Assembly (NCBI RefSeq): GCF_964355755.1
Contig: NC_092679.1
Coordinates: 22,365,432 to 22,429,431 of the forward strand
Direction: 5' to 3'
From: Antedon mediterranea
Lineage: Eukaryota; Animalia; Echinodermata
Length of the DNA: 64,000 nucleotides
In this document: positions 1-11,600 of the stretch, in pieces
Numbering within the stretch: the first letter of the stretch is position 1
Layout: each line of letters opens with the position of its first letter
The notes under the pieces: generated by a model
What the model saw: only the letters and a program-made list of their open reading frames with translations
Database searches by the model: none
Told to the model about the DNA's origin: nothing
Made by a program: the position numbers and the translations under genes

Positions 1-132
1 ATTTAGTATTTTTATAATGTAAAAATAGGATTTAATATTGAGTAGGTCACTCTAGACGGTAATTATAAAAATATTTTGACACACATGGTGTGTCATACTT
101 ATACTTGAGCTGAAATTCAGGCTTAAACATAA

Positions 133-281
133 TGACAAATCACAGCCATGTTACAAATCCTGGCCATGTGTCAAATCCATGTGCCAAATCCCGGCCATGT
201 GACAAATCCTGGCCATGTGACAAATCCTGGTCATGTGACAAATCCTGGCCATGTGACAAATCGTAATCATGTGACAAATCC
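133..281. repeat. 18-bp minisatellite (ACAAATCCTGGCCATGTG), about 8 copies, directly after an ASRGL1 splice donor
   Basis: Visible tandem units. It generates the DLSHGQ repeats in ORF 140..424. Confidence 0.9.
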
Positions 282-285
282 TTAC

Positions 286-3200
286 CTTGTTCCATGTGTG
301 CAATGATAGTTCTACAAAGCGTCACTCGGCTGATAGACTCCCCATGTCCAGTTGATGATACTGCACCAAAGTTATTGTCACAGTATGCCCCACATCCTGA
401 CAAAAAATAATGTATTCGCATCATTTTTAAATACAGTCAACACTGGCAGAGCATGGGTAAATACTAGTGTACCTGATCTACACTATCAAACTTTAATGTG
501 ACAAAAAAATGTTATGTGCCCATGAACATGATGATGTCATATCACTACCATACAGTATTTGGGCAAATCACACCTTTTTTGTCAAACTAGTTTGATAGTG
601 TAGACAGAGCTTTAATAATTGCAATTAAATCATAATTTCTTTTTCAAAAATCTATTAATAATACAGTACCTATCAATGGACTATCTCCAACTCGTCCCAC
701 TCGCTTTCCCGTGATGCCGCCGGTTGACGTTGCACAAGCAACGTTTCCTGACGCATCAACTGCTACAGCTCCAACAGTGTCATGACATTTCCTAACAAAT
801 TACCAAAATTAAATTATTTTCCACAATAATTATAAAGTTTGTGGTACACTATGCATTCCTTAAAAGGAAGTAAGAAAAACAAAAAAATATCTCCTAATAT
901 TCTATAAGTTTCTTTTATCTTACACCTACACACAAAAACCATGATTGGCCATCAAAATGGACAATTATACACTCTACTCTACATACCATTCTCTAAAAAA
1001 GATGTTCCTATTGACTCAGGATATTGTTACAAGGTGTTGTCCCCTAATTAGAGGTTTCACTTACCCTTGTCTAAACTGGTCACTGACTGTTACGCTATAT
1101 TTGTTATATTTCCTTGACATTTCCAGTGATTTTTCACAAACTAGCTCATCTGTGTTCACTTGTTCGATCCCTTGTTCCGTAGCAAATTGATTGGCACCTT
1201 TAGCGGCAAGTAACGTATGATCCGTCTGTAAAAGAAAGCGTGATAAGAAAGTGAGAAACTGGAAAGAGATCATAAAAAAATATCTAGTTTGATAGTGTAG
1301 ACAGAGCTATAACAGGTGTTTATTTGTGTTTCAATAGATAAAGAGCATGTGAACATAGCTTATACCTTTTCCATAACTAATCTTGCTAATGATACTGGGT
1401 TTTTTATGTTTTGTACACACGTCACTGCTCCTGATTGTAGGTTTTTCCCTTCCATAATAATGGCATCCATTTCAACATCACCTTCAATATTCAAAGCAGA
1501 CCCAGTGCCTGTAAAAAAGATTAACACGTTATTTTATGTGTAAAGCTCAAATTTTATGCCTATGTGCCTATATATGGGCATATCACTACCATATTTTGGC
1601 ATATCCCTACCATATTTAGGCACACCACTCTTTTTTGTCAGACTAGTTTGATAGTGTACAGCCAGTATTCAAATTTAAACTGTTGACAGTGTGCCTATAC
1701 TGATATGATATGATATGATAACTTTATTTCGTCCACATAGGAAAATATTTTGAGTGCTTTTCACAAAATTGTACAAAAATATATAAAAACGTTTCATATA
1801 AAAAATAATTAATTACAATATTTAAAAACACTATATATTATTTAACAATGTACAAGTATGAACATAAGAACATATTCTGTAATTGTCTATAGACACATAC
1901 TGTAGAACTAGTCGCATGGATGAAAACATTACATAAGACACAGTCAACTGTACAGATAGATAGTAGTCAACTGTACCAATAGCTAGTAGTCAACTGTACA
2001 GATAGATAGTAGTCAACTGTACAGATAGATAGTAGTCAACTGTACAGATAGATAGGTCAGTCAACTGTACAGATAGATAGGTTAGTCAACTGTACAGATA
2101 GATAGTAGTCAACGGTACAGATAGATAGGTTAGTCAACTGTACAGATAGATAGGTCAGTCAACTGTACAGATAGATAGTAGTCAACGGTACAGATAGATA
2201 GGTTAGTCAACTGTACAGATAGATAGGTCAGTCAACTGTACAGATAGATAGGTTAGTCAACTGTACAGATAGATAGTAGTCAACGGTACAGATAGATAGG
2301 TTAGTCAACTGTACAGATAGATAGATTAGTTGTCAACTGTACAGATAGATAGTTAGTAGTCAACTGCATAGATAGATAGGTTAGTCAACTGTACAGATAT
2401 AGTAGTCAACGATACAGATAGATAGTAGTCAACTGCATAGATAGATAGTAGTCAACGATACAGATAGATAGGTTAGTCAACTGCATAGATAGATAGGTTA
2501 GTCAACTGTACAGATAGATAGTAGTCAACTGTACAGATAGATAGTAGTCAACTGTACAGATAGATAGTAGTCAACGGTACAGATAGATAGGTTAGTCAAC
2601 TGCATAGATAGATAGGTCAGTCAACGGTACAGATAGATAGTAGTCAACTGTACAGATAGATAGTAGTCAACGATACAGATAGATAGTAGTCAACTGCATA
2701 GATAGATAGTAGTCAACTGTGCAGATTGATAGTAGTCAACTGTACAGATAGATAGGTCAGTCAACTGCATAGATAGATAGGTCAGTCAACTGCATAGATA
2801 GATAGGTCAGTCAACGGTACAGATAGATAGGTCAGTCAACTGTACAGATAGATAGGTTAGTCAACGATACAGATAGATAGGTTAGTCAACGATACAGATA
2901 GATAGGTTAGTCAACGATACAGATAGATAGTAGTCAACTGTACAGATAGATAGTAGTCAACTGTACAGATAGATAGTAGTCAATGGTACAGATAGATAGG
3001 TTAGTCAACTGTACAGATAGATAGATTAGTCGTCAACTGTACAGATAGATAGTTAGTAGTCAACTGTACAGATAGATAGGTTAGTCAACTGTACATGATA
3101 GACAGTAGTCAACTGTACAGATAGATAGTAGTCAACGGTACAGATAGATAGATTAGTCAACTGTACAGATAGATAGTTAGTAGTCAACTGTACAGATAGA

Positions 3201-3895
3201 TAGTAGTCAACGGTACAGATAGATAGGTTAGTCAACTGTACAGATAGATAGTAGTCAACTGTACAGATAGATAGTAGTCAACTGTACAGATAGATAGTAG
3301 TCAACTGTACAGATAGATAGATTAGTCGTCAACTGTACAGATAGATAGTTAGTAGTCAACTGTACAGATAGATAGATAGTAGTCAATTGTACAGATAGAA
3401 GTAGTGAACTGTACAGATAGATAGTTAGTAGTCAACTGTACAGATAGATAGTTAGTAGTCAATTGTACAGATAGAAGTAGTCAACTGTACAGATAGATAG
3501 TTAGTAGTCAACTGTACAGATAGATAGTTAGTAGTCAATTGTACAGATAGAAATGAATAAATTACATGTTCAGTTGACTGTTGTTCACAACATAAAGACA
3601 GTTAATTTATGAAAATAAAAAAATAAAGAACCTAAAATTAAACTGTGATTATATACCGTATATTAATTAATTTACCTGCATTGAACGTTGGATCATTTTC
3701 CAAGTAACGGACCGCTTCCTCGACGGCATCAACGGCAGATTCATTGCGACAGAGAACCTCATAACCTTTCTTTACAGCTTCCTGTACTCCATTGACGTAA
3801 GGCTTGCTTACACTATCAGGAATTGTCCATGCTCCTCCATGTACCAATACAGTAGGCTGAATCCGTTTGCATTTCTTTGTACATGTCTCTGTCAT
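286..3895 (-). CDS. ASRGL1: Isoaspartyl peptidase/L-asparaginase (ASRGL1-like Ntn-hydrolase), 5 coding exons in window, last exon(s) beyond the left edge
   Basis: Exons 3895-3676, 1508-1366, 1225-1065, 791-670, 396-286 are all GT-AG and phase-consistent. Motifs: [40 protein letters not shown], nucleophile segment [29 protein letters not shown]. Confidence 0.93.
1941..3551. repeat. 1.6-kb minisatellite, 23-bp core AGTCAACTGTACAGATAGATAGT with 27-bp and longer variants, in an ASRGL1 intron
   Basis: Dozens of tandem units differing by GGTT/GGTC/GATT insertions. Confidence 0.95.
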
Positions 3896-4750
3896 ATTGT
3901 GGCTTTAACTGCAACAGTTATTTGTAAACAAAATTAAATAATTTATATAAATTATGCTGAAGCTCATAATACAGTAGTAAGGTGGCAAGCATGTAATAAC
4001 ATAGTTACCAACCAGAGAGATTTGAAATTTGTGACTCAACCATCCATGTATGTAAGGCTACAGCAGATTAATTAGGCACTTTGTTGAACGTATATATCTG
4101 GAGTGTTGATTGCCAATACCAGGTCTTTAAAATTGCAACACGGCTGATTTTCTCCCATAATTTTTGGTTAACACAAGTTTACATGCACATCACACTTCAT
4201 GCCTTGCTATATCTACTGTACTAGAGAGAGCAGCCTGGTCAGATTTGCATGGCCGCTGCACCAATTAAGTTTAATTATGTATTAATAACAGTGAGCTAGT
4301 TCCGCTTCGCACCAGTCTTTTATTTCAACTTCAATATTACTCCATGATACAACTCATGTGCGAAACAGAACCAACTACGCCTAGACCTATCCTATATAGG
4401 CCTAGGCTTATTTATATTAAACATAATATTAAATAATAATTAATATTAATAATGAATAGGCTTGGACTTGCGGAACCTTTTTAATATTATTAATTTAATT
4501 TGAATGCATTTTTTAATTGATTTCTCTTAAAAAATAAATTATTAATTAGTGCTAAAAAATGATCACGCATAATATAGATAGATCATGAATATGTTTGAGT
4601 TTAGGGTAGGCCCTACCGCGTGTATACAAGCCTAGGCCTACTTTACTCTACTCTGTAGTTTCACCGTCAAGTCACACAGCCCGGGGTTTTCCCAACTTAT
4701 GCAGTTCGCTTGGCCTAGCAGCCATATAGGTAGCCTACTTACGTCTGACT

Positions 4751-4933
4751 TTATAGTGAATCAATTTGATTGCTAACGCCTTTAATTTGTTTTGATAATT
4801 CAAATCGCTTGTTTTGTAATCTCTTCTTTCTCCAACTGAATATCTTGTATCCCAATACTGTTCCGACTCCAACTCCAATACTAAAACTTAAAATAACAAC
4901 AATGGACAGCCGTTTACCAGAAACTTCGGCCAT
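4751..4933 (-). CDS. MTLN: Mitoregulin-like mitochondrial microprotein (60 aa, single TM plus basic WRKKRLQNK segment)
   Basis: MAEVSGKRLSIVVILSFSIGVGVG...SWRKKRLQNK aligns by eye with human mitoregulin as recalled (MADVSERTLQLSVLVAFASGVLLG...DWRKRRLQDK). Size is similar and the start context is strong (AACATGG). An in-frame upstream ATG exists at 4981. Confidence 0.8.
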   Translation of the reverse strand: MAEVSGKRLSIVVILSFSIGVGVGTVLGYKIFSWRKKRLQNKRFELSKQIKGVSNQIDSL

Positions 4934-6184
4934 GTTTCGTGAATTTTGCGAAAGGCCTGGTATGGAACGCCAAAACCGCATTTAGAAAAGTGATAATGAA
5001 TACAAAAGGGGAGTACACTAGATATTTAATGTACTCCCAATGTGCAGTTTCAATAAAGTAAACAACGTTGCTTGTTAACAACATCACCAATCATACTGAT
5101 ACACTGTCGTCGACAACATATATCCAAAAAAATATTAGTCTTATTTGCTTTCACCATTTTTTTTATTCCAATATGCTGGGTTATACAGACCATTGATGCA
5201 TAAATTACTTATACATACATGTGCATTTGTAAAGTTAATTATCTTAGCGAATAGTTATCTAACCTTTTACGGAAAATAGAAGTACATTTTTAGTAAATAC
5301 ATATATTATCATTTTACTCAAAAGCAGAGGAAACAACAATATGTAGCCATGTGCACAAATTATTGTGTTTTTACAATTTCAATGTTATGCAAATGCTCAA
5401 TAAGGTTCGTTTCCTCAGCTTATAAAAAACTTGAAATATTGTGCAGCCTGGAAAGGAATTTATGTTCCTTTTAACTCCTGCGAATTGCAATTTGGCAAAC
5501 TTGACTTTACGGTATATAACAAATTTTCCTCATTTTCAGAAAACCAAATTATCATTCTTTTTAAGGAGAAACATAACAGTTTATAATAGCTAGAGTGAGC
5601 ATGCTCCCTATCTATATTTCGCGTGCCGATTTTCGGGGCCTCAACACAAACTCGTTTAAAAATTAATCTTGTATAATTTTCAACAACTTATTTCTGACAA
5701 GAATATTTTCGATTGTGTATTTTAACAAAGTTTTTTAACACGATGATTTATTATTCACCTTTGACCTTTGTTGCTCACTCTAATACTTTTATTATAATTA
5801 GGCACAAACATAATTATTGAATTCTCAAAACATTTTGAGCTTAATGTAATACTATACAACAATGGCACAGTACCATTGAGACAAAGCTCAATGAGAATGT
5901 ATGCATGCTGCAGAGTACCCTCATAAAATATGTACACTCTCTGTATACAAAACAGTGCCCCCGTGGTATTCTGTCGCATGAGGACGTATTAGGATACCAT
6001 CGTCATGTCAAATCCAGTAATATTTCTGGTAAACATGCGAAATTTGACAGCAGACAGCAAAATATCGTAGAAACGGGCACTAACATGACTGAGACACGTT
6101 GGTGCACGTAGATACTAAATCAACAACATCGTTCACTTAACACCAATTAACAACATCGTTCACTTAACACCAATTAACAACATC

Positions 6185-6697
6185 GTTTCAGTTAACTAAT
6201 CACAGTGTGGAGAGCGTAGACACCAATTAACAATATGGTTTCAGTTAACTTCTAAGGCTCTCATCACAGTGGTGCAGTTAGACACCAACATTATGGTTTC
6301 AGTTAACTTCTAAGGCGCTCATCACTTGGTGAGCGTAGACACCAATTACGACATCATTTCAGTAAACTTTTAAGGCGCTCATCACAGTGGTGCAGTTAGA
6401 AACCAACTTTATGGTTTCAGTTAACTTGTAAGGCGCTCATCACAGTGGTGCAGTTAGAAACCAACTTTATGGTTTCAGTTAACTTTTAAGGCGCTCATCA
6501 CAGTGGTGCAGTTAGAAACCAACTTTATGGTTTCAGTTAACTTGTAAGGCGCTCATCACAGTGGTGCAGTTAGAAACCAAATTTATGGTTTCAGTTAACT
6601 TGTAAGGCGCTCATCACAGTGGTGCAGTTAGAAACCAACTTTATGGTTCAGTTAACTTCTAAGGCGCTCATCACAGTGGCGCAATTAGACACCAACA
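6185..6697. repeat. 58-bp tandem repeat, about 8-9 copies
   Basis: Unit TTATGGTTTCAGTTAACTTGTAAGGCGCTCATCACAGTGGTGCAGTTAGAAACCAACT, near-identical from 6370 to 6690 and degenerate at the left. Confidence 0.93.
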
Positions 6698-6804
6698 CCT
6701 TTTCAAGATAATTATCTCCATTAAGATATCAAATTATGTAGTTACTTTCAAACTCTTCTTAATAATCTTAAACATTAAAAGGCATACAATAGCAATACCA
6801 TCAA

Positions 6805-6885
6805 AGCTTGGTTCTCACTAGGACTCAACTGTAATGTGATTGGTCAAATTACATGTACATCGTTGCGTTGCGTGTGAACCAAGCT
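6805..6885. mobile_element. Short copy of Harbinger-type MITE family 2
   Basis: Ends AGCTTGGTTC...GAACCAAGCT followed by TAA. Shares GCGTTGCGT and TGATTGGTCAA with the copy at 61811. Confidence 0.6.
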
Positions 6886-8289
6886 TAAAGTTGTGCAGTA
6901 TAGTGTGCACCTTTCTAAACAAGCTTTTGAAATCTGGCATTGCCATTACAAACTTATTACAACTAAATGTATTTATATATCATGCTCAAATGATTTGTTA
7001 CTCTTTTTCCTGGTTGACCTTTGACCTTGTACAGGTGACAATTTGTGTGAACTTTGTATCTACATTTTTTGTGATTACCGTTCCATATGTTTTGTCTGTT
7101 TTCCGCCAAACCAAGGACAAAGTTTTTTTAAAAATTATTTACACAATATACATTGTATATAGAAGAAAGTTATTTACAATAAATTTTACAGTTTCAAAAA
7201 CAATCTATCAAGTTAGAATTTTGTATTTACAAAAGAGGGGTAATAATCAATTGGATTCTTTGACTGGTATTTATCAATATTTTCACTTAAGTCAAATTAG
7301 TTAATCTGTGCTTAAGTGAAATACTGAGGCTTATTTTAAGGAATGGACTTTTAATCGATTTATATACAATAATATGCCCAAATATTTACGTAGGTTATTT
7401 TGAAAACTGACTAATAAGCAAAATCTTTTACTTGAAATCATATTTTCCTGCGGACCCTTTTCCTGGTAATTTAGGATGTGAACTTTTTGAATTTAGCATA
7501 AAAATAAGCATGCTGGTACATTTGACAGAAGACAATTTTTCGATTACAATTTCGGGTCTCAAGAAAATTAAGAAAGTTGCATGCCGTATGTTTTGTATCC
7601 ATTTAAGACTTTAATTATTGGCCAAATAAAATAAAAAAATAAAAAACAGAAATGTTTGAATTTTTGGTTTAGGCATGCATGAATGAATTTCTCAAAAAGG
7701 TTTATGAAATTTTAAATCTATCAATAAACTATTTACAATTACCATAGCAAAATTATGTACAATATTTAAACTGCTATACCAACATCAATATAAGTAAAAA
7801 GTGAACATTTCTTTTATATTTACTTAATAATCTCTACAAAATTCCTTTAAAAATTGTTCAATTTACATGTATTTTAAAATTTTCAATATCATCAATAAGT
7901 TTTCTCTAAAAAATGTCCACTTTTTAAACTATGTATTTACAATATATATAAAGCAATGACGTATCCAGAACCAAAACCAAAAAATTAAAATTTCTCGAGC
8001 ATAATTTCATTTTAAAAACAATAAAAAAAGCTTATGTGGTTTTGGATCAGCGTAAGTTTAGCCTAACTTATTCTAGACTTTTTTTAAAAGATGCTCGAGA
8101 AATGACTGGACACGTCACAAAATGGTGAAAGCATTTTTTTTGTTTTCCAAATATGAGTTGTACATTTATACAGTTTTACTAATGTATATCAAATTTGTAC
8201 AATAGTAAAAATATTGTTTAAAAAATACCATAAAATAAATTGTATTTTTTTGGAGATCAATTTTCATCACATTATTTCAGCATTATCGT

Positions 8290-8482
8290 TGGGCGGTTGG
8301 GGGTGGAGAGGGAAGGGTTAGAGGGGGAAATGGGAGAGGTATGTGAGGGTATGGAAAAGAGAGGAAGGAGGGTGGGAAGAATTGGGGAGGTGAGGGAAAG
8401 GGAAGACAGAAAGTAAGGGGGAATAGGAAACGATGGAGGAAGAAAAGCATGACATTTGAGGAAAAGAGACAAGAAAGAGGTT
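8290..8482. repeat. Purine-rich (GA) low-complexity tract in the probable Rel 3' UTR
   Basis: About 190 bp of almost only G and A on the plus strand. Confidence 0.7.
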
Positions 8483-8622
8483 GCTTGTCATAGAAAAGGG
8501 ACTACAATAGATAACTCTTATATCAACCTATCACAGCGTTACGACTTTCTCCTCCACTGCCTCTCTCTTTGCTCCTCTCCACCCAATCCAACCACCATGG
8601 GCCTGATGTAGATGGTCAAGCT

Positions 8623-11600
8623 CTACATAGTGGCACCACTATTGCTTTGGATGTCTTGTACTTGACCAATATCAATGCTATTAAACACTGGAATATTCAG
8701 AGAGTCATGAACATCCTCCATGATATAATCATCTCCCACTCTATTCTCATCGACCGCAGGTAGCTGCCTTTCTTGGGACTGCAGGATTTGTTGCTGCAGA
8801 AGAGCAATATCAGCTTCATTCATAAAAGTGGATAGACTTGGAAGGGCATCACTTTCAGCTATGACGTCAACGTCGCCCCCATTCAAAATCTGCTGCATGG
8901 CTGCCTCGATGTCAGAAGCGTTTCCAACAGCCATATTGCTGCTTGGTACTTCCTCAACAACAACATTTTGGTATCCATCCGACATCGGGCCAAGAATATC
9001 AAACACTCCTTTAACTGTATCCATAGGACTTGCAACGGACACTGGGGTTACAAAACTACTGCTAGCGGCTAGATTGTATGGGGAACACATATCCAAATTC
9101 ATAGTAACTCCCGACTCGTCTATCGGATTCGAAGGTTCCCCTCCTAAGTTGAATTGAACATCGGCATCGTCAATTCCCTTGCCGGGCGACTGAAAATTGA
9201 AGATTCCGCTTGAAGAATCAATAGTTGACAACGATCCCTGTTCGATTACTTTGCCTGTGTTACCACTGGCACTGGAGTAAAACTTTTCGGTAGGCAGCAT
9301 GTTCGGAACTGCTTCTGCAGGCGCTTTTCCTTGCGATGACGAAGCTGTAGATCGTCGTGCAACTGTGAAAAAAATAATTTATAATTTACCCAAATTCTTT
9401 TATATTGTATTAAAACATAAACACTCATTTACCAGAGTCAACCCAATAGTATATTCAAAGGGGAATTACTGCTTTAAAATTAAAATTTTGAATATAAAAT
9501 ATAATTGGCGATCACATTAATACTATTTTCCCGATGAGGGCACTGAAGCAGAACAAACGACAATCTCGTACTACAAGAAATCGAAGGCGTGAAGCCGAAA
9601 GCAAAAAGCTAGCAACCACACAGTGAGTTAACTACGCATTGGTTAAGCGAGATACCAACCCGATTTTCGAACACCGTGTTCGAAGGTGGGCAGTACTTCG
9701 CTTAATCGATGCCTATTTTAACCAACTGTGCCAAACTAGCGTTTTGCAATCAACCTACCATGTCTTTTCAATTTTTCTTTCACGTTCATTGTGGCTTTTT
9801 CACGACTTGTTGGTCCAGGTTTTGAAAAACGACAAGATGAAATTTTGAAATTTTCAGCTATTAATAAATAAAAATAAGAAATGCGATAGGTATAAATTTA
9901 ATTCACATTAAAATGGTTTGCCGTGCGCCATGTAATTCCTAAAAAAGGAAGTACGTAAAGTTGAGACTGCCTCATTGTTTTTGCCGTGGTACAAGAACCG
10001 AAACGTCAAACATTATCAACTTTACTTACTTAGTTCAGAGGAATTAAATGCTGTACTTTCCTAGTGTTTATAAGTTCTACAAAACCTGTAAAGCTCTGTC
10101 CACACTATCAAACTTTATGTGACAAAAAGAATGTGATGTGGTCATATATGGACATGATGATGTCATATCACTACCATATTAGGGAATATCACTACCACAT
10201 TTGGGCACATCACACTTTTTTTAACATGCAATTTCACGAAATAGTTTGATAGTGTAGACAGAGCTTAAAACATACCCCTAGCCAAAAAGTTACACATGAC
10301 CTGCAGTGGAATGACCATTATGTATACAAGGCAGAAATAGAGGTCAAAATGTAGCGCCCTCACTTGCCTTTCACAGCTCCATAAGCTTACCATGACTATG
10401 GTGAATCATTGTATTTTCCTATGCCTTACCACGCCCCTTAAGTCTTTGTTTAGGGAAGTATGCAAGTGCCCTAGGACTATATTGTCTAATATTTTAGTGT
10501 GCAAAAACAAACCTAGTACTCTCCGAGTAGTCACGGAGTCACACAATCGTATGGGAACAATAGTAAAATTCTGTCTTGGTAAGACCGAAATGAGGTTTAA
10601 AAATATTCTTATCTAAGGTTATTAATAATATAGCTATAATATAGATATAGCTTTAATTTTTATATTTTACTGTATAAAGAATAGACAAAACAATCTTACC
10701 TTTTGGCTGCATGCCATCTTGATGCATATAGCTCTCATAACAAGGTTGATTCCGTTTTCGCTTCTGACCAATTTTATGAGGATCTAGAAAAAAAAATTTA
10801 ATGAAAGCAAGTTATGTTAAATAATTCATTAACAGATATGATACGTTTGTTATGATGTCTCATAAAACATTCATCAAACATTTATGGACAAAATACTAGT
10901 TCTGTCAACTTTATGCCCTCTTAAGCCCAGTCTACGCTATCAAACTTTATGTGAAACAAAATGTGATGTGCCCATATATGGACATGATGATGTCATATCA
11001 CTACCATATTTGGGTATATCACTACCATTTTCGGACCCATCACACTTTTTTTGTCAAACTAGTTTGATAGTGTAGACAGAGCTTTACTCCTGACAAGACT
11101 GAGGCGTATTGATCAATACGTCGACATAGATTGTCGATGGTATACTAACCTGGTTCTTCTGGGGTGTAAATAAGGTCCATTTCCTGGCTTTCCTCTTTAT
11201 CAGAGGGCCTAATCAACTTGAACCTAACTTTCTTTGGTTGTTGAATGTTCAAGTCCTTGTATGCTGGTATTTTACATACTATCGCTACCTACATGGAGAC
11301 AAAAAAGAAATAATATTAATAATGGATTGAACTTGACTAAGGGTCTGTCTACACTATGGAACTAGTTTGCCAAAAAGTGTGATGTGTCCAAATATGGTAG
11401 TGAAATGCCCAAATATGGTAGTGAAATGACATAGTCATGTCCATATATGGACACATTACAATTTGTTGTCATCTAAAGTATTATAGTGCAAGACAGAGAT
11501 TTATATTCAGGCCTAAACACAACATTTTTAAACAACTACACTAGTTTTCAAGTGTGCGCTAAATAAAACAATTAGCCGACATTTGCCTTGACTAAGAGAG

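Noticed and set aside
140-285. DLSHGQ repeat C-terminus in ORF 140..424
   Set aside because: It is read-through of a good donor (G|GTAAGG at 285) into an 18-bp intronic minisatellite. The conserved asparaginase C-terminus must lie in a later exon.
1941-3551. Repeat with variable inserts resembling a CRISPR array, and ORF 3053..3235
   Set aside because: There are no unique spacers or cas genes and the context is a eukaryotic intron. It is a simple minisatellite.
4743-4753. Stop-codon readthrough fusion of the microprotein to ASRGL1
   Set aside because: The frames match after splicing but a second TAA lies in the 21-nt spacer.
5009-5038. Hairpin GGGAGTACA...TGTACTCCC upstream of the microprotein
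   Set aside because: It is a single 9-bp stem, which is plausible by chance. A bacterial terminator is irrelevant in this genome.
6840-7304. 154-aa plus-strand ORF
   Set aside because: Non-ATG start, begins inside a MITE, AT-rich composition and no recognisable motif.
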